A stretch of DNA of 64,000 bases, from positions 7,141 to 71,140 of the IMG/VR virus record IMGVR_UViG_3300033182_001391. The stretch is one strand, 5' to 3'. A program made the position numbers and the translations under genes. Origin of the DNA: a virus. The notes beneath the pieces are model-generated. The model worked only from the letters and a program-made list of their open reading frames with translations, was not told where the DNA came from and made no database searches. The stretch's first letter is position 1, and each line of letters opens with the position of its first letter. Below are positions 1-12,400 of the stretch, piece by piece.

Positions 1-1307
1 GTATCAGACAATGTAGGAAGAAGAGAACGAACATCATACTCGACAGAAGCGTAGCCCTGTAGCTGATCTGGAGCAAATCTATCTAATCCAACAAAAGGAC
101 TATTTGATGTATCGGAATCAGAATAATTAGGCCTCCAATAGGCATGTTGTATTTCAACCTGCTGGAACTCTTCTTGCTCAAAAACTATTTCAATCTTAGC
201 AACTAGTCTTTCGCTAAACTTTATTGAAGCCTTATTGTAAAAATAATTCTTGTTTGCCGAAGAATTAAGAGGAGCCATTGAAGACCCAATATAAATACTC
301 TCATCTAAAATTTCCTCAGAAGAACCATCCGCAGAAAACACCTTTATTGATGAAACTTTTAATATTCTCATAGAAGAAAAATATGGAACTATATCTACTG
401 AGTTTGCTTTTTCTGACTTAGTCTTTTCAAGAACCAAAGTCATAGTTAAAGGTTCATTTATATTATGGTCAGACCAATTAACTAATGACCCCTCGGCAAT
501 AGAAGGATCAAACTCTCCATCTGCTACGAAACAAAACTCTTTTTCAGAAGGAAGATTGCCTACCGAATATAAATTTTCCTTATCAACATTTAAAGCTTCA
601 TATTCAAAAAATGTTAAAGGACTAGAGTCTGACGCAGAGCGTATGTAATTAATTGAAGGCGTGTCCTCAAAAATATACTTGTAATAGTCGGCTCCCTCTG
701 AGTTAATAGATTTTATTACCTGATGGTTATTTCCCAAAAACCCATTTCCAGAACTAATAGATACAGAACCGGGCGTCCAACTCTTTAAAGTGGAAACAGG
801 AAAGTTGGCACTGCCAGAACTAATTATAGGAATAAAACCTTTTTTGATTTTAGTCACGTCAACTTTGTCTAAATTATCAAAAGAATCTCCAACATAAATT
901 ATATCTTCAGCTTCACTCATGCTGTACATTTGAAGTATTTTAGACTTAGAAGATATTCTTTCTACATATTTTTTTTCATTTTCTAATTCTTCAAAAAACA
1001 AGTTAAAAGAACTTACAACTCTTGCGCTTAAGTAGTCAATCTGCGGCATTATGGCATTAATATCTTGAGCTAGATCTTGAGAGAAAGTATTAATCTTCTC
1101 AGAATAAGGTGGCTCACCCTTTATGACTGGAACATACTTAGTCATTGGTGCTGAGATGTTTTCGTATATCTCAGACAATATTTTATTATATTCCTGAATA
1201 CGTTCTTGATTAGACTTAAATTCATTTCTAGCCTCTTTGACATAGAAAGATCTAAGCTTCATAAATATTTGATGATAACTTAACGTATTAGAAGATAACT
1301 GTGCCAT
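1..1307 (-). CDS. Virion (baseplate-region) structural protein, partial, running off the left edge
   Basis: Not in the ORF track. ATG at 1307 with upstream AGGT; hand translation gives MAQLSSNTLSYHQIFMKLRSFY...GDSFDNLDK...GNGFLGNNHQV with no stop in the part read. N-terminal layout resembles the adjacent 869-aa protein. Confidence 0.8.
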   Translation of the reverse strand, partial: MAQLSSNTLSYHQIFMKLRSFYVKEARNEFKSNQERIQEYNKILSEIYENISAPMTKYVPVIKGEPPYSEKINTFSQDLAQDINAIMPQIDYLSARVVSSFNLFFEELENEKKYVERISSKSKILQMYSMSEAEDIIYVGDSFDNLDKVDVTKIKKGFIPIISSGSANFPVSTLKSWTPGSVSISSGNGFLGNNHQVIKSINSEGADYYKYIFEDTPSINYIRSASDSSPLTFFEYEALNVDKENLYSVGNLPSEKEFCFVADGEFDPSIAEGSLVNWSDHNINEPLTMTLVLEKTKSEKANSVDIVPYFSSMRILKVSSIKVFSADGSSEEILDESIYIGSSMAPLNSSANKNYFYNKASIKFSERLVAKIEIVFEQEEFQQVEIQHAYWRPNYSDSDTSNSPFVGLDRFAPDQLQGYASVEYDVRSLLPTLSD

Positions 1308-1316
1308 TTTAACCTA

Positions 1317-3926
1317 TCAAACTATTTGATTTAAAAAATTTAACTTATCATAATAAGGATTATAATTGTCTGCCTTCATCTTTAAGAGAACGGAATCAAC
1401 TTTTCCTGGAGCTTCTACAGAATAAACATTTTTTCTTACAATTAATCTGAATCTTAAATTATTAGGAACATAATCATATTCAACAAAAAACGTGTCAGAA
1501 ATAGCTCTGTCAAAAACAATCTGGTTTCCATTCTGGATAAACAAAGGAGTATCAGAAGCAAAGAAAGAAACGCTTTGTGGCTTACCTGTATAATTGGTTA
1601 AATTTATTCCATAACTTCCATTTGAAAATCTAACTCTCACAGGCATGTAGGTCCCAGACGTATCCAAGAATATCGTACCAACATTACTAACATATCTAGA
1701 ATTTGCCACATAAGAACTATTAACATAAGGATTATACTTTAAGGACACAGTTCTATCAGAACCGGTACTAGTAAACCTCTGACCTGAACCCTGACTAGTA
1801 GAATACTTTTTCACTGCATTATTAAATATGTTAGACTTTACGAAATCAACTTCATAGGGATTAAAATTAGATAAATTAGGAATATAACCAGCACAAAAAA
1901 TACTGTTGCTAGAATACAAATCTCGATCTAAAATTATTAACTTATTTAAAGATTGATTATACTTATACTTAGTTGCATTAACGAGCATTCCATCCTTGTA
2001 AAGTAGAACAGAGGTTGGTACAGCATTAAACCTAAGTTTAGCTGAAAGATCAACCGAGTCCAGATAAAGAACCTCAGATTTCACATCATCTAAGTCAGAT
2101 GGAAAAACTGGATACCAATCAGACTCAGAGGACGGAGATTGACTTGTAGATATAGATAACTCATAAGATGTTAACTCTGGTATATCATATCTCATATTGG
2201 AAGACAAAAAAGAGTCGTCAGTTACTTTAACCTTGCCCTTTAAACCAAGAACCTGGCCAGCTGACTGTATACGCTTACTGACAAAAGCGGCCTTAGAGTT
2301 GTTGGTGTATGCTGTAGACAAAAACTCAACTGATCTTATAGAAAAAGTATACTCGTAAAGATCTGAAGATTCATTAATTAAAGTCGACCTTACCGCATCT
2401 TTGTAGCCCCTACCTATAATCGGCCTCTTGTAAAATTGCCTCTTAATATCTACTAAATCATTCGAATTTTTTCTTGCCAAAAATCCAGAGCTAGCAAGAT
2501 TATTAGAGTTAGCCGTAGCAGAGCGCGCTTCAATAAAGCTAGATGATCTAACTATATCTGAATTCTTATCTAGCGTTTCCATTATGGATAAAACTAAATC
2601 AATAAATATAGGTGATCTGTAGAATATTGGTTGATCTTCAAAATCAAAATTATTAATCATATATATTTCATTTTGAATTTTATTCTCATAAGTATTTTTA
2701 TCTTGAGAAAACTTATAGCTGTAGTAATTATAATCTTGAGACCTATTTTTTCTCAGACCAGACACAGTACTTTTTCTCTTAAAGAAATCAAAAACAATAT
2801 CCTGCATTAAACTAAACTTACCGCTTCTTTCTGCCACTCTTTTATTAGCAAAATCTTGAACAAGCTTAGAATTTAACTCACCAGAAATAGGTGTCATCTT
2901 ACTTCTGAAATAAGTAGACTGATTGAAAATCAGAATTACCTTTCTAATCAACTGCCTGGAAAAGGAAATCTCTAAATCATTAGATAAAAGTCTAGGCGAA
3001 TCTAAAAGAAGAAGATAATTATCATCTTGCAATGAACTATTAGTGTTATTTACGTCATCAAAAAACACAACGGCCTGAAGAAGTTGAAGTCCATTACCAA
3101 AATTAGGAGAAACCCTTAATGTATCCATCTCAACACTAGATACAAATTCAAAATCTACTGCAACCTGCGCACCCGATATACCATCTAAATTATAGTTGAG
3201 ATATTTCTCATAACCAAATACATTTGTATTCAAAATTACCGGACTCTTAGCAGTAACGCTCCATGCATCTTTAATCACATCATTAAAAACATTTCCAAAA
3301 TCACTTTGACTCGTAATATAGTTATCGTAGTTAGTTTGAATTGAAACTGATTTTATATTGTCAATGACATTATTAGAAGAATAAGAATTACCTATTTTAA
3401 ACATTCCCATTTTTGAATCAACAAAACCATTTCCACCTACAGGAAATCCTTCACCATCTCTGTCGGGAATAGCAAAAGTTACCGAATCATAAATATAGCT
3501 ATCTAAAATATTATCAAATTTTTCAACATAATTAGTATTATAATAGTCGTCTTTACCAGCTAGAAATTCATAATTATCTATAAACAACTCTAAATTAGAT
3601 ATATCTTTTTTTATTTTCTCTATCTCAGAATCAAAAACATTTATCATTGAATTGGTAACTATACCAATTGAATTTGTTATTGAAAACAGCTGCCTAATTC
3701 TTAAAAAAGAATCCCTAAATAAATCTACAATAACATCTCTATCCAACAAAGATAGAGCAGGTATCCTGCTGGTAGCGAACTCGGTGTTATTAGAGTACTG
3801 ACCAATAGTATCTATCAAAGCCCTCATGTCAGACTTCTGAACCTTCATAGTTCTAATCAAAGAAGACACATTAGTCCTACTAGAATTAGAAAGTGCATTT
3901 ATTGTATCCGGTAATACGTTTAACAT
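1317..3926 (-). CDS. Baseplate-region structural protein (869 aa)
   Basis: Long ORF; helical N-terminus followed by beta-rich domains; lies downstream of the baseplate wedge genes. Confidence 0.7.
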   Translation of the reverse strand: MLNVLPDTINALSNSSRTNVSSLIRTMKVQKSDMRALIDTIGQYSNNTEFATSRIPALSLLDRDVIVDLFRDSFLRIRQLFSITNSIGIVTNSMINVFDSEIEKIKKDISNLELFIDNYEFLAGKDDYYNTNYVEKFDNILDSYIYDSVTFAIPDRDGEGFPVGGNGFVDSKMGMFKIGNSYSSNNVIDNIKSVSIQTNYDNYITSQSDFGNVFNDVIKDAWSVTAKSPVILNTNVFGYEKYLNYNLDGISGAQVAVDFEFVSSVEMDTLRVSPNFGNGLQLLQAVVFFDDVNNTNSSLQDDNYLLLLDSPRLLSNDLEISFSRQLIRKVILIFNQSTYFRSKMTPISGELNSKLVQDFANKRVAERSGKFSLMQDIVFDFFKRKSTVSGLRKNRSQDYNYYSYKFSQDKNTYENKIQNEIYMINNFDFEDQPIFYRSPIFIDLVLSIMETLDKNSDIVRSSSFIEARSATANSNNLASSGFLARKNSNDLVDIKRQFYKRPIIGRGYKDAVRSTLINESSDLYEYTFSIRSVEFLSTAYTNNSKAAFVSKRIQSAGQVLGLKGKVKVTDDSFLSSNMRYDIPELTSYELSISTSQSPSSESDWYPVFPSDLDDVKSEVLYLDSVDLSAKLRFNAVPTSVLLYKDGMLVNATKYKYNQSLNKLIILDRDLYSSNSIFCAGYIPNLSNFNPYEVDFVKSNIFNNAVKKYSTSQGSGQRFTSTGSDRTVSLKYNPYVNSSYVANSRYVSNVGTIFLDTSGTYMPVRVRFSNGSYGINLTNYTGKPQSVSFFASDTPLFIQNGNQIVFDRAISDTFFVEYDYVPNNLRFRLIVRKNVYSVEAPGKVDSVLLKMKADNYNPYYDKLNFLNQIV

Positions 3927-3927
3927 G

Positions 3928-6900
3928 TTAGCTCCAAGTATTGCCGTTCATGTCTTGCAAATCATAAGCAATTCCGGCAGTGAGGTTATTGGATATAACG
4001 GAGTATATTTCCTGATCATCAATGAAGTTATCTCTAACTTCTTCAGGAATTCTGATTATAACATATCCACCCTTCGAATATGCTTCACCCTGAGCTGAAT
4101 ATACATCCCAATTAGATAGTACCTCTGGTATATCATTTAATAACTCATAATTGGTTCTATCCTGTGAAACTCCACCACCCTTTATTCTAATATCCAGGAG
4201 GCTAGGCGGAGTATTTCTCGGCCTACTAAGAACATATACAATTGCCATAGGTATTGCTAGTGGATTATAATCCTTAGAAGAAGAATCAAATAAAGTATAA
4301 TCCCAAGTATAGTTTATAATACTAGACGGCGAATAATCCGTAACCTGCTCGTACACCCCAGCATTTGTTTCTAATACAGAACTGCCATAACTTCTCTTGT
4401 ACAAATCCTTAGGTAAGATGTAAACATACATAGGCGTATCAAAGAAGATGTCTTCATAATTTAAAACTGGATTAATGGGTATAGAAGATCCATTAATATG
4501 ACGAACCATACTGCTTTTATTTTTTGTTGTATAAGAAATTTTTATCAATTTTCTATCAGAAGGAATCTTTGCCTCTTTAAGCTCTATAACTCCAGTTTCA
4601 CAGTTAACATCTCTTACATCACTGTAAGGAATTTCGACCCAGTTATCAAATATTGAATCTCTAATAGAGATTGAGAACTCAGGTTTAACTATTCCAAATA
4701 CGGAGCTAAAATAATTTGTAGGATGATTCCAAGAAAGAATAGGAGCTCTTCTAACTCTTATCTTTCTTTCGTCCATTATAATAGGTGACTCATCGTAAAC
4801 ATCATAATTACCATAGCCATATATCTTAGACCAAGAACCAGTAGACAAATCAACAGTACTATATTCGGCTAAAAGTTCTTGATTCAAATAATTATCTTCC
4901 CAAGAACCAAGATTATATGATCTGTTAAATAGCACTTTCTTTTTAAATGATCCGCTTTTAACAGGAAGCTCCCAAGTTTCAAATCTAGATATATCCTTTG
5001 AAAAATTACCAATACCTATAGACGACGGTGTGTTAATTGAAATCGAATAAACTGGAGCAATATACTTAACTGGAACCTGAACTGGCCTAAAGGTTGTATC
5101 TACTACAGGTCCAATGAACTCATTATCATTTTGAGTATTTCCATCAGCATCGATAGCGCAAACACCTATGAAAATATTTCCTACACCTCTTCTAACAAAA
5201 TCTATATACTGAATATTTTTACCCAAGAATTCTTTTTCGTTTATATCATAGAACCCGTAAACCAATCCCTCTTCTGATGTTTCATTAGAAACTATAAAAC
5301 TACCAAATCTTAGATCACCCTGATCATCAATATTATCAACAGCGGCCGCAGCAATATCAGATGCACTGGGAAGACCAAAAGGCCTGCCAGCAGAATTACA
5401 CAGAAGCATAACTCCATCATTTACAGTTACATCTTTTCTACCATCTTTATAAATAAGTCCTTCATCCTTAAAACTTCTTAAAGAATATCCAGAAGAAAGA
5501 TCTCTAGAAACACTAACGACATCAGCGTCTGCAAAATAAATTTCTGAAGTACCCAAAACACCGGTAACATAAGTCGTTCCATTGGCTATATTCGTAACAC
5601 CAACAGGCGAGACACCAATAGAATCAGAAGACCAAATCAGCTGATTTGTTGGAGTCGTAACCTTAGAAACCGTAAAGACACCATTCTTAACAGCAGATGG
5701 TCTAGATCTAGAGTGACTAAAAGTAGATTCGTTTAATTTAAGTTTAATTGTATCTCTATTATTAATCTGCACAAATATTTCTCTACCATTTAAAATATCA
5801 TACACATCAAAATCTAGACCATATGTCCTACCACCATAACTTAAACCAGTTATATTCAAAGAATAATCACTATTATCAAATCTCTTGATTAGTTCATTTG
5901 TACCTACGCGAACTCGTTGCTCTGCTCCTATTTCCACAATTCCATTAACAGGAATATTCCTAACATCAAAAATTAAATCAACAGAAACAGGACTTTCATT
6001 ATCTTCAAATTCTCCAGTTCCTTGACTAGGAACACCATTTGTTATACCCTCTGCTTTTATTCTCTTGATACCAAAACCCTCGGCCCTACCATACTTAGAA
6101 CCCAAAGATCCACCAACAAGTTTTATGTAACCAAATCTATTCTGAGAACCAGGACCATTAATATCTATCGCAATCTTGCTTCCGGAAATATTTAATGTAG
6201 TATTAGTAACCCTATAGGAACCTCTGTCGTTACCTCCAGAAGAACTCAAACCATACTCTGCGACCTTAAAGTTAGTCCAACCATCAACACCTTCAATGAC
6301 AATTCTATTAACAGTTTCTAAGTGAGTTGGAATAGAGAAATAGATATAGTCAACACCCTCACTAGGGCCAGTTGTTCCTGTAAAAGTTATCTTTCTATAA
6401 TTGTCTTTAATATTTATTTTATCTGCAGTTACAGTAGATGCGGCTGCTAGAATGAAATTTCTAACTCTATCATTTACCTGAGATGGTGCAGCGTTGACGC
6501 TCTGATCGTAGCTGGGCCTATGGTTTTCTTTTGCATTTTTCCAAAACCTAGCCATCAACCACTTGGTTTCACTATCTACTATACCATCAATATATCTGGC
6601 CCCTTCTTGCTGCTGAAACTGCCTGATTCCGTTAGCGGTTTGTGGACCATAAAAACCGTCTAAAGGATAAGGGTAGAAGTTTCTTCCGGTTATATTTTTA
6701 TAAGTCCATAAAGTATATTGTATATAGGTTGCGTAATCACCAGAATTTCCATTAGTCCAAATGGCAGTTTTGTTCCCTAAATCTATATCTCCTGTATAAG
6801 GGAAAATATTAGAAGGACTACTAGTGTTAGCTTCCCTGCCCTGACCCAAATCATCCAAAGCAGACCTAAAACTGAAACAGTTGGGTGAAGTATCTTCTCC

Positions 6901-9426
6901 AGGAAGGGGCTCAGACATTATCTCTTCAGGCTGATTTAAAGTAGCAGTAAATGTTGCTGAGCATGAGAAGTTTACCTTGACATTGAATCTTGATGCCTTC
7001 TCTTCAGGAACAGCAACATAAGAATAAGAAGAAGAAAGCTTAAAGGGATAAGACTTAAACGAATTTAAAACGCCAATATTATTTGAAAGAACTGCATTAC
7101 CAGACGCACTTACCGGCTTAGTCAGAATAGTATAAGGGCCCATAGAAGAAAGGACACGTAGAATAGGGGATCCCTTAGTAGTATACGCATAAAGTTTTTC
7201 ATCGTTATCATTCATCTTCCAAACAGTATAAGAAGACGGTATATCTTCTTCTTCTATTGCTAAGTCATTACTAATCAAAGTCGAATTATAAACTTCAACA
7301 TCTGGATTAGTAGTCTCTATATACATCTCTATGGTGTCAACATTAGTAGCTATTTTATCTCTCTGATAATCTGGGAGAATTTTACTTAATTCATTTTTAT
7401 AGAAATCAAGAATAGTAGGATAATCTTTAATCAAATCTCTAGCGTAAAACTGACTAGAAGAATTACTAGAAACATTTACATACAATTCCTCTCTTTCATC
7501 ATCTAAAAGAGCATCATTGTTCATCACCCAAGAAGAATTCCAATCCGAAACAAAATTGTATACAGCGGATCGGGTATCTATAATTCTACTTGAATGTGCC
7601 TTACAGTATGTCGCATACGCAGAAATGTTAAACAAAAGCTTTAGGGGACCCTCAACTACACCAGAGTAAAAATTTCTATCCTCGGTATCAAGTGAACTGT
7701 TACCATAGTTACTGTTCAAGGGCTCTTGATTTTGAGAAGTTGAATAAATAGAGTTACAGTACTGCAAGAAAGGGAAAGTAGTTGCAATTATATTTCCTCT
7801 GGAAATCCTATCCGAAGAAGTTATAAATGGAAGCAATGTGCCTATAGATGACGCAGCTGAAGTCTCATCAAATCCTGAAAGTATAAAAGAATTCTCAGAA
7901 GAAGAAAAAGACCTGTATCTACGATACACGGGATCTCCAGTTCTAGCAGTATTAGAAGAACCAAATATCCCATAATACGGTTGATCAAAAGCCGTGTCAT
8001 TAAGATTCCATCCACCACTTTTAGCTGAAGATAAAATTGGAGAAGTTTCACTCATGATAATGTGATTACCAGGAATCGTATCTCTTTCAACCTGCAAGAA
8101 AGAATCCAACTCTGTTGCGTCTGCATCACCCAAGCTTAAATCTAAAACAACAGTTCCATTATTCCTTAGAAATGTAGTTAATTTATTAGCATGAACTTCA
8201 CTTATTTTAAAATTTGGAGACCAAACAAGAATATCATAATCCCTTAAATCATCTACAGTATCTATGTCAACTTTCCAATAATCAGCCAGCAAAGTATCAT
8301 CTAAGTCTGAATTTGGATTTACATATCTATACTTAAATAGATTAAAAGGAGATTTCTCAAGCCTCTGAAAAGCGTAAGGATTGATTACACTATTGGTTTT
8401 CTGATTAGAAGAACTATAAAGAACTCCAGCATTGACAGTTCTTAGGGCCAGCAGATCTCCGTCTAATTCGTCGCCAAAATCAATTTCATCAAGATTAATT
8501 GAAAGCCTAGACTTAGCTATAAGTCTCCAGTTAAAAATCTCATATGTTCTATAATCAGAAAAACCTTTTGAAGGAGAAAAAATCTGATAACCACCAGCTA
8601 TATTGGAACTATCAACTAAAGTACTATATTTGTCATTAACTTTCTTTAAAGAAAAAATATTTTTGTTATAACTATTTTTATCTACTACAGTACTTTCTTC
8701 TGGAACCTCGCTCATGTAAGGAACTGCATTAACCGTCTCAGCATAAGCCAGCTCTTGGCTAAATATATTTCCATACTCGTCAGAGTCTACCTTATCATAA
8801 ACAAGCTTTAAATTAATTGGTGGATCTGCATTAAAAAATACAACTACTCTACAAGGTATTTCGTTTCTTGAATAATTATTTGAAGTTTTAAATGGCTCTA
8901 AAAGAATTCTATACTTTCTTTTTCCAGAAATAGTGTCTAAATACTCAAAGCCTTCAGAGTCAATAACTTTAATTGAGAGATCTGACAACTTGTCTGGATC
9001 AAGAAAATCTCTATCCGAGGAAGGACTAAAGAATGGAGGAGCTGAGATGAAATATCTACTAACATACTTATAGTGAATAAAATCATTTACATCGACACTA
9101 TCGACATAAACACGCTGAGTGGTAAATGCTTCTGTTAGAGGAACATTTGAAATTGTCAAATCATTGGAATAGAAATTATAATTTCCATCAAGCCTATGTA
9201 GAACACCTAGCTCATCAGCGTAGGCTAAAACTTTTTCTCCAGATATACCATTACCAACCCTATTTTCCTGTATTGAAGTAGATATATCTATGAAGCTAAG
9301 AGAATTTCCTGCAGTTATCTCTTCCGAGTTAAACCAAGCCAAGCCTACGGAATTATCGGGAACATTATTTCCTATCTTAACCGCTTTTTCTTTCCCATCA
9401 GAAGTTAAGTTAACAAACTTTTCCAT
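3928..9426 (-). CDS. Large baseplate/peripheral virion protein with an internal peptidoglycan-binding domain (1832 aa)
   Basis: PG_binding_1-like motif YIQYTL..DGFYGPQTANGIRQFQ..IDGIVDSET at about 6550-6740; start overlaps the upstream stop. Confidence 0.72.
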   Translation of the reverse strand: MEKFVNLTSDGKEKAVKIGNNVPDNSVGLAWFNSEEITAGNSLSFIDISTSIQENRVGNGISGEKVLAYADELGVLHRLDGNYNFYSNDLTISNVPLTEAFTTQRVYVDSVDVNDFIHYKYVSRYFISAPPFFSPSSDRDFLDPDKLSDLSIKVIDSEGFEYLDTISGKRKYRILLEPFKTSNNYSRNEIPCRVVVFFNADPPINLKLVYDKVDSDEYGNIFSQELAYAETVNAVPYMSEVPEESTVVDKNSYNKNIFSLKKVNDKYSTLVDSSNIAGGYQIFSPSKGFSDYRTYEIFNWRLIAKSRLSINLDEIDFGDELDGDLLALRTVNAGVLYSSSNQKTNSVINPYAFQRLEKSPFNLFKYRYVNPNSDLDDTLLADYWKVDIDTVDDLRDYDILVWSPNFKISEVHANKLTTFLRNNGTVVLDLSLGDADATELDSFLQVERDTIPGNHIIMSETSPILSSAKSGGWNLNDTAFDQPYYGIFGSSNTARTGDPVYRRYRSFSSSENSFILSGFDETSAASSIGTLLPFITSSDRISRGNIIATTFPFLQYCNSIYSTSQNQEPLNSNYGNSSLDTEDRNFYSGVVEGPLKLLFNISAYATYCKAHSSRIIDTRSAVYNFVSDWNSSWVMNNDALLDDEREELYVNVSSNSSSQFYARDLIKDYPTILDFYKNELSKILPDYQRDKIATNVDTIEMYIETTNPDVEVYNSTLISNDLAIEEEDIPSSYTVWKMNDNDEKLYAYTTKGSPILRVLSSMGPYTILTKPVSASGNAVLSNNIGVLNSFKSYPFKLSSSYSYVAVPEEKASRFNVKVNFSCSATFTATLNQPEEIMSEPLPGEDTSPNCFSFRSALDDLGQGREANTSSPSNIFPYTGDIDLGNKTAIWTNGNSGDYATYIQYTLWTYKNITGRNFYPYPLDGFYGPQTANGIRQFQQQEGARYIDGIVDSETKWLMARFWKNAKENHRPSYDQSVNAAPSQVNDRVRNFILAAASTVTADKINIKDNYRKITFTGTTGPSEGVDYIYFSIPTHLETVNRIVIEGVDGWTNFKVAEYGLSSSGGNDRGSYRVTNTTLNISGSKIAIDINGPGSQNRFGYIKLVGGSLGSKYGRAEGFGIKRIKAEGITNGVPSQGTGEFEDNESPVSVDLIFDVRNIPVNGIVEIGAEQRVRVGTNELIKRFDNSDYSLNITGLSYGGRTYGLDFDVYDILNGREIFVQINNRDTIKLKLNESTFSHSRSRPSAVKNGVFTVSKVTTPTNQLIWSSDSIGVSPVGVTNIANGTTYVTGVLGTSEIYFADADVVSVSRDLSSGYSLRSFKDEGLIYKDGRKDVTVNDGVMLLCNSAGRPFGLPSASDIAAAAVDNIDDQGDLRFGSFIVSNETSEEGLVYGFYDINEKEFLGKNIQYIDFVRRGVGNIFIGVCAIDADGNTQNDNEFIGPVVDTTFRPVQVPVKYIAPVYSISINTPSSIGIGNFSKDISRFETWELPVKSGSFKKKVLFNRSYNLGSWEDNYLNQELLAEYSTVDLSTGSWSKIYGYGNYDVYDESPIIMDERKIRVRRAPILSWNHPTNYFSSVFGIVKPEFSISIRDSIFDNWVEIPYSDVRDVNCETGVIELKEAKIPSDRKLIKISYTTKNKSSMVRHINGSSIPINPVLNYEDIFFDTPMYVYILPKDLYKRSYGSSVLETNAGVYEQVTDYSPSSIINYTWDYTLFDSSSKDYNPLAIPMAIVYVLSRPRNTPPSLLDIRIKGGGVSQDRTNYELLNDIPEVLSNWDVYSAQGEAYSKGGYVIIRIPEEVRDNFIDDQEIYSVISNNLTAGIAYDLQDMNGNTWS

Positions 9427-12400
9427 TAGCTATCCTCATAGTCTGGATGTAAATTATTGTAATCAGTTATCTGATTAGGAGTCGAACCCAAAATTCCTAG
9501 CTGATATTGATCATATCTCCTAATTGGTATCCAATCACTAGGAATCCAATTAGGAGTTGAATCAGAATAATAAACTAAATCAGGGTTGCTATGATCATAA
9601 ACAAATGATGGTGTTGACAGCATTTGGCTTTCACTATCTAAATCAACCGTAAAGACCGAAGACATCGGAAGCAATTCGTTGGTGTAATGCAAATTGTCAT
9701 AAAGCTCATGCCAGTAAACAACATCTCCCGATATAGTAACATCAGAAGCTGTTAAAACCTCACCATTAGACTGCAGCAAACTTACCACAGCTGCGGGATC
9801 CTTAAGCTCAACTCTAACAAATCTTAAACCAGGATTCAGATTATTATTTACAGTTATTAAGTCATTCAGGTAGAATGTACCATCTGGATTAGTTGTAATT
9901 ACTGAAGGTGTCGTATCGGTAAACAAATCTCTGTAAGAAGAATTCTCATACCAATACAACTCTATTTCCTCCTCAAGAGGTCTATCATCCCAATAAACTC
10001 TACCAGCCACAGTTACATCAGATTCTCCGTCAGCATCAAGGGAAAATCTTACCGGAATAGCTTTTATCTTTAACCTAAAATTATTACCCCTAAGAATATT
10101 ATAATCTACAGTTTCAAGATATCCTTCAGAACTACTATTGGGTCCACCGTTCGGAGTTGCAGAACCTATACCCTCTATCGTTATTGTATCCTGTGCCACC
10201 GTAGCTGGAATTGCACCAGAGTACCTAATTACACTATAGCCGAATCCATTATCGTTAGTAGTTACAAACTGAGGTGTTGCATCTATATTTGAACCATAAA
10301 TTTTGAAAGTTTGACCTGGCTTTAAATTGTTATTTTCATCATAAGAGACTAAAGAAAGATTCATATAATCTTGAACGTCATCCTCTATGTAGGCCGGCGA
10401 TAATATTGGCTCCACATAGCTAAAGTTAAAGCTATCGTTAGAAACGTAAACAAATCCTTCGTGAAGAGGATTGTCAATTTGATCTATCTCTAAATCAATA
10501 GATCTAAGAGAATCTTTTTTACTGGTTTCATAAGTAATTTCATATGAAGAAGATAAAGAAGGTGTGGATGAGAAGTAGATTATTGAATTGTACTGATCAG
10601 ATGAATCATCATATACATCGGGATCAACAAAGAAAGAATCTTCAACTTTGTAAGAAACTAAATACTCTCTACCTTTTACTGCAGGTGTACTAGAATCAAA
10701 TGGTGTTATAGTTGAATCCTGACTACTCAGGCCACTAAACAAAACAGTATTATTGTAAGCATCCGTTACTGTGACGTCTGAGATATTTTGATATGCCAAG
10801 TAGAGAGAGTTACCCTCATTGCCATAAACTGACTCTAGGTTATAGAAGCTATGCTTTCCAGGAGTAGCCGAATCTTCAAAAGCAACATTTCTATATTCTA
10901 CACCGTCAACATTTGCTATAACAGGAGCACTAAGAATAGGTGTCTCATCTAATGTTAATGAGAAGAATTTGCCTGTTTCATTTTGTGTATTAGAAACAGA
11001 ATATATATACCTATCTTCTTCGCCGTAATATATCCAACCTGGATTTAAGGCTAGCTTATATGGCTCCTCTTTGAATGCCATAAACGAAGATGTTGCCTGC
11101 TCGCTGTTCTCTATTGCATAATTTAAATCGGAAACAACTTGCGCAGGATTATCTATAGCAACTCTTACATCTACATTGTTACCATATATTTTAATATTTT
11201 CTATAATATGCTCAAGACTATCATTTATACCAAAATCATTTGCACCTAACAAATATTTATCTATTAGATTATCCTTATTAAAGAATACGTTAGTTAACTC
11301 TTCTCCGTCCCTGTAGGCATTCCCGTAACTATCCATAAATCCACTAAAGAATGGATTGTTAGTTGTAGCAGAGAAGAAGTCGTAGTAAAGATATCTTAAA
11401 GGATAAAAATCACCGCTAGCAGACTCTAAAGATAGATAGTCAACACTTCCATCATAATCTATCGTTGCCGATTCAAAATAATCCTGGCCAACAACAACTG
11501 AGTCTGAAGAATCATACTGCGTAAACACAATGTTTGGAGAAGAAGGAATAAAATATATGTCTTCATCATTTGGATCTTTTGCAACACCGCCATAAGTATA
11601 GATATCTAATTCATTATTATTTTTTGTGTAAACAGTATTCTCACTAACATTAAAATAAATATCTTGCGGAGTAGCAGAGGATGGATAAACAATATAATCC
11701 TTAAGACTTTGAACCTCTAACACTGAAGGTGTAGCTGAAGTAGAAGAAAAAGTATTTCCAGAATTAATAATTAAAGAATCTGAAAGAGTATCAGTATAGC
11801 GAATGGTTGGCGTTGAGTCATATCTATCAGAAACTAAAAGAAGATTAACATTATAGCCATCTATATTAGGACTGGCTATAGAAATAGCGGATCCATCACC
11901 ATCTCTATAATTTGGTGTTGACTCATCAAAAGAAATCTTGTAATCATTTACCCCTACTGAATCATAAACTTGAGCAATAGCATTCCACGCTTTAGCGGGA
12001 ACAACCCTAATTTCGTCGGCATCAGTTATCGCTATTCTTGTAGAATTAGGTGTAGATAAAGTATTTGAATATTGCTGATTATAAATCTTGTCTCTAAATA
12101 CTATTGTATCCTCAGTTACACTATCTGCTCCAAAAATTTTATAAGATATATACTCTGGGCTAGCTGAACTATTTTCAGGATAAAGATTTTCTAAAAGTAA
12201 AGATGGATCATCTTCATACGTAAAGTTAGCGTAGAAGGTAGATGGAGTTGCATAATTGTCGTGAGATTGAAGATCAATCTCGTAAACGAATGCTGCACCT
12301 ATTCCATCGGTAGGCAATATGGAATCGTAGATATCTACAGAGCCACCATTAGGAGAAGCATATTCGTCATCGCCCGGACTACCAACCACAAAAGTACTTG

